Assembly (NCBI GenBank): GCA_903857795.1
Contig: CAIOGM010000077.1
Span: 15,121 to 79,120 of the forward strand
DNA: 64,000 nucleotides
Direction: 5' to 3'
DNA from: an uncultured Geobacter sp.
GTDB taxonomy: Bacteria; Desulfobacterota; Desulfuromonadia; Geobacterales; CAIOGM01
In this document: in pieces, positions 28,425 through 36,756 of the stretch
Numbering within the stretch: the stretch's first letter is position 1
Layout of the letters: the number at the start of each line of letters is the position of its first letter
Notes under the pieces: model-generated
The model's database searches: none
Told to the model about the DNA's origin: nothing
Seen by the model: only the letters and a program-made list of their open reading frames with translations
Translations under genes and position numbers: made by a program

Positions 28425-29732
28425 ATGGCTAACTGCTTTAACGAGGAGTTTGAGACCCTTCCCCGCCCGGCCCTGGAGGCGCTGCAGCTCACGCGGCTCC
28501 GGAATGTGCTGGAGCGGGTCTATGCCAACGTGCCGTTCTACCGTACCTCCCTGGACGCCGCAGGGGTCCGGCCGGCTGACGTGACCTCCCTGGCCGACCT
28601 CCATCGGCTCCCCTTCACCACCAAGCAGGATATGCGGGACTCCTATCCCTACGGGCTCTTTGCCGCCCCTCTGGAGGAGATCGTCAGGATTCACGCCTCC
28701 TCCGGCACCACCGGCAAGCCGACGGTGGTTGGGTACACGCGCAAGGATATCGAGAACTGGAGCGAGCTGATGGCCCGCTCCTTCGTGGCGGCCGGGGCCC
28801 ATCGGGGGGATATCATCCACAACGCCTACGGCTACGGTCTCTTCACCGGCGGCCTGGGGGCCCATTACGGCGCCGAGCGGCTGGGCGCCTCGGTCATCCC
28901 CATCTCTGGCGGCAACACCCGGCGCCAGCTGATGATCATGCAGGACTTCGGCTCCACGGTGCTCACCTGCACCCCCTCCTACTCCCTCTATATGGCCGAG
29001 GAGGCCAGAAGCGAAGGGGTCGACTTCAAAAAACTCAAGCTCCGGGTGGGGATCTTCGGCGCCGAGCCATGGTCCGAGGCGATGCGGGGAGAGATCGAGG
29101 AGAAGCTCAACCTGGACGCCATCGACATCTACGGCCTCTCCGAGATCATGGGACCGGGGGTGGCCATCGAGTGCATCCAGGCCAAGCACGGGCTCCATAT
29201 CTGGGAAGATCACTTCATCCCCGAGATCATCGACCCGGTGAGCGGAGAGCCGCTTGCCGAGGGGGAGACGGGGGAGCTGGTCATCACCACCATCACCAAG
29301 CAGGGGATTCCGCTCATCCGTTACCGGACCCGGGATGTGACGAGTTTAAGCTATGAGCCGTGCGTCTGCGGCCGGACCCACGCCCGGCTCGCCCGGATGA
29401 GCGGTCGCAGCGACGACATGCTCATCATCCGCGGGGTCAACGTCTTCCCGTCCCAGATCGAGTCGGTTCTGGTGGGGATCGAAGGGGTAGAGCCCCATTA
29501 CCTGCTCATCGTGGAGCGGAAGGAGAACCTGGACACCCTGGAGGTGCAGGTGGAGGTGGACGAGCGGCTCTTCTCCGACGAGATCAAGGTGCTTCAGGGG
29601 CTGGCGCGCCGGATCGAGAAGGAGATCAAGGAGCTGCTGGGGGTCACCTGCAGCGCCAAGCTGGTGGAACCGCGAACCATCCAGCGGAGCGAAGGAAAAG
29701 CCACCCGGGTCATCGACAAACGGAAATTGTAG
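28425..29732 (+). CDS. paaK: Phenylacetate-CoA ligase family (aryl-acetate adenylating enzyme), copy 1
   Basis: [15 protein letters not shown]-loop, [16 protein letters not shown] and C-terminal [10 protein letters not shown]. Confidence 0.8.
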   Translation: MANCFNEEFETLPRPALEALQLTRLRNVLERVYANVPFYRTSLDAAGVRPADVTSLADLHRLPFTTKQDMRDSYPYGLFAAPLEEIVRIHASSGTTGKPTVVGYTRKDIENWSELMARSFVAAGAHRGDIIHNAYGYGLFTGGLGAHYGAERLGASVIPISGGNTRRQLMIMQDFGSTVLTCTPSYSLYMAEEARSEGVDFKKLKLRVGIFGAEPWSEAMRGEIEEKLNLDAIDIYGLSEIMGPGVAIECIQAKHGLHIWEDHFIPEIIDPVSGEPLAEGETGELVITTITKQGIPLIRYRTRDVTSLSYEPCVCGRTHARLARMSGRSDDMLIIRGVNVFPSQIESVLVGIEGVEPHYLLIVERKENLDTLEVQVEVDERLFSDEIKVLQGLARRIEKEIKELLGVTCSAKLVEPRTIQRSEGKATRVIDKRKL

Positions 29733-29770
29733 GGGGGCGCATGGCATGCGCCCGTGCATTCAAGGCCCCT
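29729..29770. repeat. GTAGGGG-type palindromic element, half copy; its GTAG contains the paaK-1 stop codon
   Basis: GTAGGGGGGCGCATGgCATGCGCCC. The palindrome GGGCGCATG/CATGCGCCC at 29735-29753 is identical to the first hairpin of the element after carA. Confidence 0.7.
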
Positions 29771-29775
29771 GACCA

Positions 29776-29979
29776 ATGAAAGTGAGAGTTATTATTCACG
29801 ATGCGGAAGAAGGTGGTTTCTGGGCTAAAGTACCGGCCATCCCCGGATGCATGACCCAGGGTGATTCCATGAAAGAGTTGATCGAAAATCTGTATGACGC
29901 CATTGAGGGGTGTTTGAGTATCGACATGGAGAGTATCCACCCTGGTCTGAACGACAGCGTCATGGATTTAGCAGTCTGA
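29776..29979 (+). CDS. hicB: HicB-like (UPF0150) antitoxin
   Basis: MKVRVIIHDAEEGGFWAKVPAIPGCMTQGDSMKELIENLYDAIEGCL matches the HicB N-terminal domain pattern. Confidence 0.65.
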   Translation: MKVRVIIHDAEEGGFWAKVPAIPGCMTQGDSMKELIENLYDAIEGCLSIDMESIHPGLNDSVMDLAV

Positions 29980-29980
29980 G

Positions 29981-30180
29981 ATGAAAACGATCGGTGGGGC
30001 GAGGATGTGCAGGCTCCTTGAAGCCGAGGGGTGGGAACTTGCTCGCATTACTGGAATTCACCACATTTTGTCAAGATAGGCAGTAATCTCCTGATTACCG
30101 TTCCGGTTCACGGTAATCAGGATCTGAAAATCGGTTTGCAGAAAGCCATTATGAAGCAGGCGGCAATTGCGGAAGCTTGA
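29981..30180 (+). pseudogene. hicA: HicA-like mRNA interferase toxin, inactivated by a 1-nt frameshift in a T4 run (30066-30069)
   Basis: Frame 1 gives MKTIGGARMCRLLEAEGWELARITGIHHIL then a stop at 30077. A shifted frame continues FVKIGSNLLITVPVHGNQDLKIGLQKAIMKQAAI to a stop at 30180. Together they form a full HicA/YcfA pattern. Confidence 0.6.
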
Positions 30181-30307
30181 GTTGTAGTGCGGAGTCCAAG
30201 CGTGTCAATCAATATAGGTGACTTTCTCAATTTTGTTGCACGGCAAGAAGGAGTAGTGCAGACTTTTCTCCGTGTCTCAGTGTCTCCGTGGTGAAAGGGG
30301 TAACAAC

Positions 30308-30739
30308 ATGAAAGTCGAACAGATCTCCATCTTTATCGAAAACAAGTCGGGCCGGCTGGCCGAGGTCTCCCGGGTCCTGGGGGAGACCGGGGTGAATATT
30401 CGGGCGCTGTCACTGGCCGATACCTCTGATTTCGGCATCCTCCGGCTCATCGTCGACGACTCCGAGAAGGCCAAGGGGGTGCTCAAGGAGAAGGGGTTCA
30501 CCGTCAGCAAGACCGAGGTCGTGGCGGTGGAGGTCCCGGACCAGCCGGGGGGGCTGGCCCGCATCCTCCAGGTGCTGGACAGCGACGCCATCAATGTGGA
30601 GTATATGTACGCCTTCGTGGAGCGGTGCGACGGCAATGCGGTCATCATCTTCCGGTTCGACGAGACCGACCGGGCCATCCGGACGCTCCTCGCCAAGGGG
30701 TTCAACATCCTTGACGGAAGCCAACTTTACAGTATGTAG
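30308..30739 (+). CDS. Tandem ACT-domain protein
   Basis: Two ACT repeats ([24 protein letters not shown] and [23 protein letters not shown]). The start is at ATG 30308. Confidence 0.8.
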   Translation: MKVEQISIFIENKSGRLAEVSRVLGETGVNIRALSLADTSDFGILRLIVDDSEKAKGVLKEKGFTVSKTEVVAVEVPDQPGGLARILQVLDSDAINVEYMYAFVERCDGNAVIIFRFDETDRAIRTLLAKGFNILDGSQLYSM

Positions 30740-30764
30740 GGATCAACCCGCGGAGGGGGAGAAG

Positions 30765-31904
30765 ATGAAACAGTATGTGGTGGCAGTAGTGGCAGCGGCT
30801 GTGATGCTCAGTTCCCTGGAGGCCATGGCGGCGGGGACTGTCCGGATCGGGGCGCTCTTCTCGGTGACCGGGCCGGCATCGTTTTTGGGGGAACCGGAGA
30901 AGAAAACCCTGGAGATGCTGGTGAAGGAGGTGAACGCCAAGGGGGGGATCAAAGGGAACAAGATCGAGCTCTTCATCGAGGATACTCAGGGTGACGTCAC
31001 CAAGGCAAAGCAGCTTGTCTCCAAGCTGATCAAGAATGACAAGGTAGTCGCGATTATTGGCCCCAGCACCACCGGCGATACCATGGCCATTATTGACGAC
31101 GTGGAAAAGGCCGGAATTCCGATGGTATCCTGTGCTGCCGGGGTCAAGATCACTGATCCGGTGAAGAAGTGGGTCTTCAAGACCCCCGCCAACGACCATG
31201 TGGCCGGGGAGAAGCTCCTCGACTATCTGGCTGCCAAGAAGCAGAAGAGCCTGGCGCTCCTGACCGTCTCCGATGCCTATGGCCAGTCAGGCCGGGAGCA
31301 GCTCAAGGCGTTGGCCGCCAAGAAGGGGTTCTCCGTGGTGGCCGATGAGCTCTACTCCCCCAAGGACACGGACATGACCTCCCAGCTCACCAAGATCAAG
31401 GGGAGCAAGGCCGACGCCATCATCTGCTGGGGGACCAACCCGGGCCCGGCGGTGGTGACCCGCAACGTGAAGCAGCTGGGGATCAAGATCCCGCTCTATC
31501 AGAGCCACGGGGTCGCCTCCAAGAAGTATATCGAGCTGGCCGGTGCCGAAGCTGCCGAAGGGGTCGTCCTCCCGGCGGGGAAGCTGACTATCTACGACAA
31601 GATGAAGAAGAGCGACCCGCAGTTCAAGGTGTTGAGCGACTACAACCTTGCCTACAAGAAGAGCTACGGGGTTGAGGCCTCCACCTTTGGCGGCTATGCC
31701 TATGACGCCTTCGAGCTCATTTCCGAGGCGATCAGGAAATCGGGAACCACGCCGGAGCAGATCCGCAACGGCATCGAGCAGGTCAAGAAGCTCGTGGGGG
31801 TCTCGGGGCTCTTCACCATGTCCCCAACGGATCACAACGGGCTCGACCAGTCGGCGTTCGAGATGGTGAAGGTCGTCAAGGGCGACTGGGACTTGGCCAA
31901 ATAA
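30765..31904 (+). CDS. ABC amino-acid (Leu/Ile/Val/aromatic type) substrate-binding protein 1
   Basis: Signal peptide and the type-I PBP block IGALFSVTGPASFLGEPE. It is a paralogue of the next gene. Confidence 0.8.
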   Translation: MKQYVVAVVAAAVMLSSLEAMAAGTVRIGALFSVTGPASFLGEPEKKTLEMLVKEVNAKGGIKGNKIELFIEDTQGDVTKAKQLVSKLIKNDKVVAIIGPSTTGDTMAIIDDVEKAGIPMVSCAAGVKITDPVKKWVFKTPANDHVAGEKLLDYLAAKKQKSLALLTVSDAYGQSGREQLKALAAKKGFSVVADELYSPKDTDMTSQLTKIKGSKADAIICWGTNPGPAVVTRNVKQLGIKIPLYQSHGVASKKYIELAGAEAAEGVVLPAGKLTIYDKMKKSDPQFKVLSDYNLAYKKSYGVEASTFGGYAYDAFELISEAIRKSGTTPEQIRNGIEQVKKLVGVSGLFTMSPTDHNGLDQSAFEMVKVVKGDWDLAK

Positions 31905-31916
31905 AGGAGTTATGTC

Positions 31917-33056
31917 ATGAAGCGATCTGCCGCTGCCTTCTGTCTGTTTGTCTTCACCGTCGCTTGGGCTACTCTCTGTCAGGCGAGCCAGCCCATCAGG
32001 ATCGGCGCCCTCTTCTCCGTCACCGGTCCCCCCTCGTTTCTCGGGGAGCCGGAGCGTAACGCCGCCCAGATGGTGGCCGATCAGATCAACAAGGGGGGAG
32101 GGATCAAGGGGCGGCAGGTTCAGCTCATCGTCTACGACACCCAGGGAGACGCCACCAAGGCGGTGCAGCTGGCCAACAAGCTGATCAAGGATGACAAGGT
32201 GGTCGCCATCATCGGCCCCAGCACCACGGGGGAGACCATGGCGGTGCTGCCGGTGGTGGAGAAGGCCGGCATTCCGCTCATCTCCTGCTCCGCCGGCCGC
32301 AAGATCACCGAACCGGTGAACCACTGGGTCTTCAAGACCGCCCAGAACGACAACCTGGCCGTGACCAGGATCTATGACTATCTCCAGAAGAAGAAGCTGA
32401 CCAGGGTGGCGCTCCTCACCGTCTCCGATGGCTTCGGCGCCTCAGGGCGCGAGCAGCTCAAGGCCCAGGCCGCCGCTCACGGCATTCAGCTGCTGGTAGA
32501 CGAGACCTACGGCCCTAAGGATACGGACATGACCGCCCAGCTCACCAAGATCAAGGGGACCAAGGCTGATGCGGTCATCTGCTGGGGGACCAACCCCGGT
32601 CCGGCGGTCATCGCCCGCAACGCCAAGCAGCTGGGGCTCAAGCTGCCGCTCTTCATGAGCCATGGTGTCTCCTCCAAGAAGTTCATCGATCTGGCAGGGG
32701 ATGCCGCCGAAGGGGTCACGCTCCCCTCGGGTAAGGTGATCGTGGCCGACGTCCTCCCCGCGTCGGATCCCCAGAGGAAGTGGCTCATCTCCTTTGTGAA
32801 GGAGTATCAGAAACTCTACAAAGTGGAGGGGGATCATTTTGCCGGGCATGCCTGGGACGCCATGATGCTCCTCAAGGGGGCGCTGGAGAAGGGGGATGAC
32901 ACCCCGGCCGCCATCGCCGGGAACCTTGAGAAAACGAAGGAGTTCCACGGAATCGGCGGCATCTTCACCTACTCCCCCACCGACCATGCCGGGCTCACGA
33001 AGGATGCCTTCGTCCTGGTAGAGATTAAGAACAAGGACTGGGTGCTCGTAAAATAG
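31917..33056 (+). CDS. ABC amino-acid substrate-binding protein 2
   Basis: Signal peptide and IGALFSVTGPPSFLGEPE. It is colinear with copy 1 along its whole length. Confidence 0.8.
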   Translation: MKRSAAAFCLFVFTVAWATLCQASQPIRIGALFSVTGPPSFLGEPERNAAQMVADQINKGGGIKGRQVQLIVYDTQGDATKAVQLANKLIKDDKVVAIIGPSTTGETMAVLPVVEKAGIPLISCSAGRKITEPVNHWVFKTAQNDNLAVTRIYDYLQKKKLTRVALLTVSDGFGASGREQLKAQAAAHGIQLLVDETYGPKDTDMTAQLTKIKGTKADAVICWGTNPGPAVIARNAKQLGLKLPLFMSHGVSSKKFIDLAGDAAEGVTLPSGKVIVADVLPASDPQRKWLISFVKEYQKLYKVEGDHFAGHAWDAMMLLKGALEKGDDTPAAIAGNLEKTKEFHGIGGIFTYSPTDHAGLTKDAFVLVEIKNKDWVLVK

Positions 33057-33125
33057 TTCAATGTTCACTGTTCAGGGTTCAGGAGGCAATGTTCATAAGT
33101 ACAGGGTTATGGGTGTTCTTGACTC

Positions 33126-33251
33126 AACCCTGAACCCTGAACCCTGAACCCTGAACCCTGAACCCTGAACCCTGAACCTTGAACCTTGAACCTTGAACCT
33201 TGAACCTTGAACCTTGAACCTTGAACCTTGAACCTTGAACCCTGAACCTTG
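33126..33251 (+). repeat. Heptamer array D: 18 units = (AACCCTG)7 (AACCTTG)9 AACCCTG AACCTTG; two inverse units at 33070-33083
   Basis: Counted unit by unit with no interruption. The 3' flank AACAAAGGTTTTATCC runs into the livH ATG at 33268. Confidence 0.9.
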
Positions 33252-33267
33252 AACAAAGGTTTTATCC

Positions 33268-34152
33268 ATGGATTTATTACAGCAGTTGACCCAGTACGCC
33301 TTTTCCGGCTTTTCCACGGGGGCAATTTATGCCCTCATCGGGCTGGGGTTCGCCATCATCTATAACTCCACCGGGATCATCAACTTCGCCCAGGGGGAGT
33401 TCGTCATGCTGGGGGGGGTCCTCACCTATTTCTCTCTTACGGTGCTGAGGCTCCCCTACCTTGTGGCCATGGCCGTGGCCGTGGCCGTCACCACCGCGGC
33501 AGGAGCGGCCTTCGAGCGTCTGACCATCCGGCCGCTGAAGAGCCCGTCCCCCTTGAGCCTGGTGATCATCACCATCGGCGGGAGCATCTTCATCCGCGGG
33601 GTGGCCATGCTCCTCTGGGGGAAGGATACCCACGCGCTCCCCCCCTTCTCCGGTAACGACCCGCTCACCGTCGGCGGGGCCAGCATCATGCCCCAGCATC
33701 TCTGGATCTTCGGCATCACCCTGCTGATCATCGCCGCCAACAAGTTCTTCTTCTACTACACCATCAGCGGCAAGGCGATGAGGGCCTGCTCCCACAACCG
33801 GACCGCGGCAAGCCTCGTGGGGATCGATGTCCGGAAGATGGTGCTCCTCTCCTTTGTCATCAGCTCCGCCGTCGGCTCTCTGGCCGGGATCATCATCGCC
33901 CCGCTCACCATGACCGCCTACGATGTGGGGGTCATGCTGGGGCTCAAGGGGTTCTGCGCCGCCATCATCGGCGGCATGAGCAGCGGCTTCGGCACCGTGC
34001 TGGGGGGGCTGCTCCTGGGACTGCTGGAGTCCTTCGGCGCCGGGCTCATCTCCTCGGGGTACAAGGACGCCATCGCCTTCATCGTCTTGCTCCTCATCCT
34101 CTTCATCCGCCCCCAGGGGCTCTTCTCCAAGGCGCAGACGGAAAGGGTGTAA
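33268..34152 (+). CDS. livH: Branched-chain amino-acid ABC permease LivH
   Basis: Typical N-terminus LQQL..G...GAIYALIALG and a multi-TM profile. Confidence 0.85.
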   Translation: MDLLQQLTQYAFSGFSTGAIYALIGLGFAIIYNSTGIINFAQGEFVMLGGVLTYFSLTVLRLPYLVAMAVAVAVTTAAGAAFERLTIRPLKSPSPLSLVIITIGGSIFIRGVAMLLWGKDTHALPPFSGNDPLTVGGASIMPQHLWIFGITLLIIAANKFFFYYTISGKAMRACSHNRTAASLVGIDVRKMVLLSFVISSAVGSLAGIIIAPLTMTAYDVGVMLGLKGFCAAIIGGMSSGFGTVLGGLLLGLLESFGAGLISSGYKDAIAFIVLLLILFIRPQGLFSKAQTERV

Positions 34153-34156
34153 CCGA

Positions 34157-35125
34157 TTGAAACGCGATTATCTGCTCTTTCTCCTCTTCACCCTGGTGGT
34201 CCTTGTGGCGCCGTTGGCCTTCGAGGGGGGGTACCTGCTCAACGTCCTGGTCTTCATGGGGATCAACACCATGCTGGCCGTGGCGCTGAACCTGTTGTTG
34301 GGCTTTGCCGGCCAGATCTCCCTGGGGCACGCCGCCTTCTTCGGGCTGGGGGCCTACATCTCCGGGGTCCTCACCGCCAACCACGGGGTCAACCCCTGGG
34401 TCGCACTCCCCATCGCCGCCCTCTCCGTGGGGGTCATCGCCTTCCTCCTGGGGTTCCCGATTCTCAAGCTCAAGGGGCACTACCTGGCAATGGCCACCCT
34501 GGGGTTCGGGATCATCGTCTTCATCGTCTTCAACGAGACCGTTGAGATCACCGGTGGTCCTTCCGGGCTCACCGGCATCCCCACCATGAAGATCGGCGCC
34601 ATGGAGTTCCAGGGGGAGATGAAGAGCTACTACCTCATCTGGGGGTTCACCCTCCTGACCATGCTCCTCTCCATCAACCTGGATCACTCCCGTATCGGCC
34701 GGGCGCTCCGGGCGATCCACGACTCCGAGGTCGCCTCCCGGGTCATGGGGGTCAACGCCCGCTTCCTGAAGGTGCAGGTCTTCACCCTCTCGGCGGTCAT
34801 CTCGGCGGTGGCCGGGAGCCTCTATGCCCACACCATGACCTTCGTCTCCCCCTCATCCTTCGGTTTCAACTTCTCGGTGGAGCTGGTGACCATGGTGATC
34901 ATCGGCGGGCTCGGGAGCATCTTCGGGTCGTTTTTGGGGGCGGCCCTCCTGACCTTCCTGCCGGAGCTCCTCCGGGTGGTGCAGGACTACGATATCGTGG
35001 TCTACGGTCTGCTCCTCATCGTCATGACCATGTATATGCCCAAGGGGCTGGCCGGCGGCGTCGCATCCCTGGCGCGGCTCTTGCGCCCCGCGAAGAAGAG
35101 GACGGTGGACCATGCTCAGGGTTGA
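34157..35125 (+). CDS. livM: Branched-chain amino-acid ABC permease LivM
   Basis: GQISLGHAAFFGLGAY motif and a TTG start. It overlaps livG. Confidence 0.85.
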   Translation: MKRDYLLFLLFTLVVLVAPLAFEGGYLLNVLVFMGINTMLAVALNLLLGFAGQISLGHAAFFGLGAYISGVLTANHGVNPWVALPIAALSVGVIAFLLGFPILKLKGHYLAMATLGFGIIVFIVFNETVEITGGPSGLTGIPTMKIGAMEFQGEMKSYYLIWGFTLLTMLLSINLDHSRIGRALRAIHDSEVASRVMGVNARFLKVQVFTLSAVISAVAGSLYAHTMTFVSPSSFGFNFSVELVTMVIIGGLGSIFGSFLGAALLTFLPELLRVVQDYDIVVYGLLLIVMTMYMPKGLAGGVASLARLLRPAKKRTVDHAQG

Positions 35126-35864
35126 GGGGATAACCCAGCTCTTCGGCGGACTCACGGCTCTTGAAGAGGTCACCTTTACGGTGGGGAAGGGGAGCATCAC
35201 CGGCGTCATCGGTCCCAACGGCGCGGGAAAGACCACCCTGTTCAACATCGTCACCGGGCTCTATACCCCGAGCTCCGGCAGGGTCTTCCTTGACGGGAAG
35301 GAGATCACCTGTTTCCCGCCGGAGCGGCTGGCCCCCCTGGGGCTGGTCCGGACTTTTCAGAACATCGAGATGTTCCACCAGATGACGGTGCTGGAGAACG
35401 TCCTGGTGGGGCTCCATACCCGGAGCCGGAGCGGGATGATCTCCTGCGCCCTCAAGCTGCCGTGGCACCTGGCCGAGGAGCGGCGGCTCCACGCCGAGGC
35501 GATGAAGTGGCTGGAGTTCTGCGGCATCGCCGACCTGGCGGAGCTGGAGGCCAGGGCGCTCCCCTTCGGCAACTGCCGGCTGGTGGAGATCGCCCGGGCC
35601 ATGGCGGTGAACCCGAAGCTGCTCCTCATGGACGAACCGGCCGCCGGGCTCAACAGCCGCGAGACCGCCGACCTGGAGCTTCTCATAAGAAAGATCAGAG
35701 ATACGGGGGTAACCGTGGTCCTGGTGGAGCACGATATGGAGCTGGTCATGGAGATCTGTGACGCCATCGTGGTCCTGAATCTGGGGAAGAAGCTGGCCCA
35801 GGGGAGTCCGCGGGAGATCCAGGAAAACCCCGACGTCATCAGGGCGTACTTGGGAGAAGGCTAA
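35112..35864 (+). CDS. livG: ABC ATPase LivG
   Basis: Walker A GPNGAGKTT, signature and Walker B LLLMDEPAAGL, and the C-terminal AYLGE motif. Confidence 0.9.
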   Translation: MLRVEGITQLFGGLTALEEVTFTVGKGSITGVIGPNGAGKTTLFNIVTGLYTPSSGRVFLDGKEITCFPPERLAPLGLVRTFQNIEMFHQMTVLENVLVGLHTRSRSGMISCALKLPWHLAEERRLHAEAMKWLEFCGIADLAELEARALPFGNCRLVEIARAMAVNPKLLLMDEPAAGLNSRETADLELLIRKIRDTGVTVVLVEHDMELVMEICDAIVVLNLGKKLAQGSPREIQENPDVIRAYLGEG

Positions 35865-35911
35865 CGGCGGTATCTAGAACGGCGGTTCAATGTTCGAGGT
35901 TCAAGGTTGAA

Positions 35912-36002
35912 AACCCCGAACCCCGAACCTTGAACCCCGAACCTTGAACCCTGAACCCTGAACCTTGAACCCTGAACCTTGAACCCAGAACATTGAACAT
36001 CG
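35912..36002 (+). repeat. Heptamer array E: 13 units (AACCCCG x3, AACCTTG x4, AACCCTG x3, AACCCAG, AACATTG, AACATCG); inverse segment at 35884-35908
   Basis: Counted directly. The 3' flank AACAGGTTTT runs into the livF ATG at 36013. Confidence 0.9.
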
Positions 36003-36012
36003 AACAGGTTTT

Positions 36013-36756
36013 ATGCTGCGACTCAAGAACATCAATAGCTACTATGGGCAGGTTCACGCCCTCAAGAACGTCTCGCTGCACCTGGCCAAGGGGGAGATCG
36101 TGACCCTTATCGGCGCCAACGGTGCGGGGAAGAGCACGCTCCTCAACACCCTGTCGGCCATCACTCCGGCCCGCTCCGGTGAGCTGCTCTTCGAGGGGAA
36201 CAGTATCACCACCCTCTCCCCCTCCCGCATCGTGGAGTTGGGGATCTCCCAGGTCCCCGAGGGGCGACAGGTCTTCAAGCCGCTCTCCGTGGAGGACAAC
36301 CTGGAGTTGGGCGCCTACCTGCGCGCCCGGAAACGGGCCGAGAAGGGGGCCATCAGGGACGACCTGGCGATGATCTATGAGCTCTTTCCCCGGCTCAAGG
36401 AGCGGCGCAAGCAGATGGCCGGCACCCTCTCCGGCGGTGAGCAGCAGATGCTCGCCATCGGCCGGGCGCTCATGGCGCGCCCCCGACTCCTCCTCCTGGA
36501 CGAGCCCTCCATGGGGCTGGCCCCTCTGGTGGTGCAGGAGATCTTCAGGGTCGTCGAAGCCCTCCGGAAAGAGAAGGGGACCACGGTCCTGCTGGTGGAG
36601 CAGAACGCCAAGGCGGCCCTCACCCTGGCGGACCGCGGCTATGTCATGGAGACCGGCAAGGTCATCCTGGAGGGGCCCTCCGGGGAGCTCCTGGAGAACC
36701 ACGAAGTTCAGCGGGCGTACCTGGGAAAAGAGAAGAAGGAGATCTGGGAGAGATGA
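36013..36756 (+). CDS. livF: ABC ATPase LivF
   Basis: Walker [19 protein letters not shown] signature, Walker B LLLLDEPS and the AYLG tail. Confidence 0.9.
   Translation: MLRLKNINSYYGQVHALKNVSLHLAKGEIVTLIGANGAGKSTLLNTLSAITPARSGELLFEGNSITTLSPSRIVELGISQVPEGRQVFKPLSVEDNLELGAYLRARKRAEKGAIRDDLAMIYELFPRLKERRKQMAGTLSGGEQQMLAIGRALMARPRLLLLDEPSMGLAPLVVQEIFRVVEALRKEKGTTVLLVEQNAKAALTLADRGYVMETGKVILEGPSGELLENHEVQRAYLGKEKKEIWER

Noticed and set aside
27831-29213. A 460-aa ORF antisense to iorB/paaK-1. Similar cases are 26188-27834 (antisense to iorA), 61230-62756 (antisense to carA), 15080-16402 (antisense to tgt) and 8762-9691 (antisense to the Wzc-like gene).
   Set aside because: All of them overlap strongly supported genes on the opposite strand and have low-complexity, GC-driven composition.
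33126-33251. Possible CRISPR array or telomere-like repeat.
   Set aside because: The units are 7 nt and contiguous, with no unique spacers and no cas genes. The resemblance to eukaryotic TTYAGGG-type telomere repeats is probably coincidental in a chromosomal internal context.
33093-33325. Two roughly 73-aa ORFs translating as GSGFKVQGSRFKVQ..., plus the N-terminus of ORF 35887-36702.
   Set aside because: They are simply translations of the heptamer arrays on the minus strand, with no start context or coding signal.
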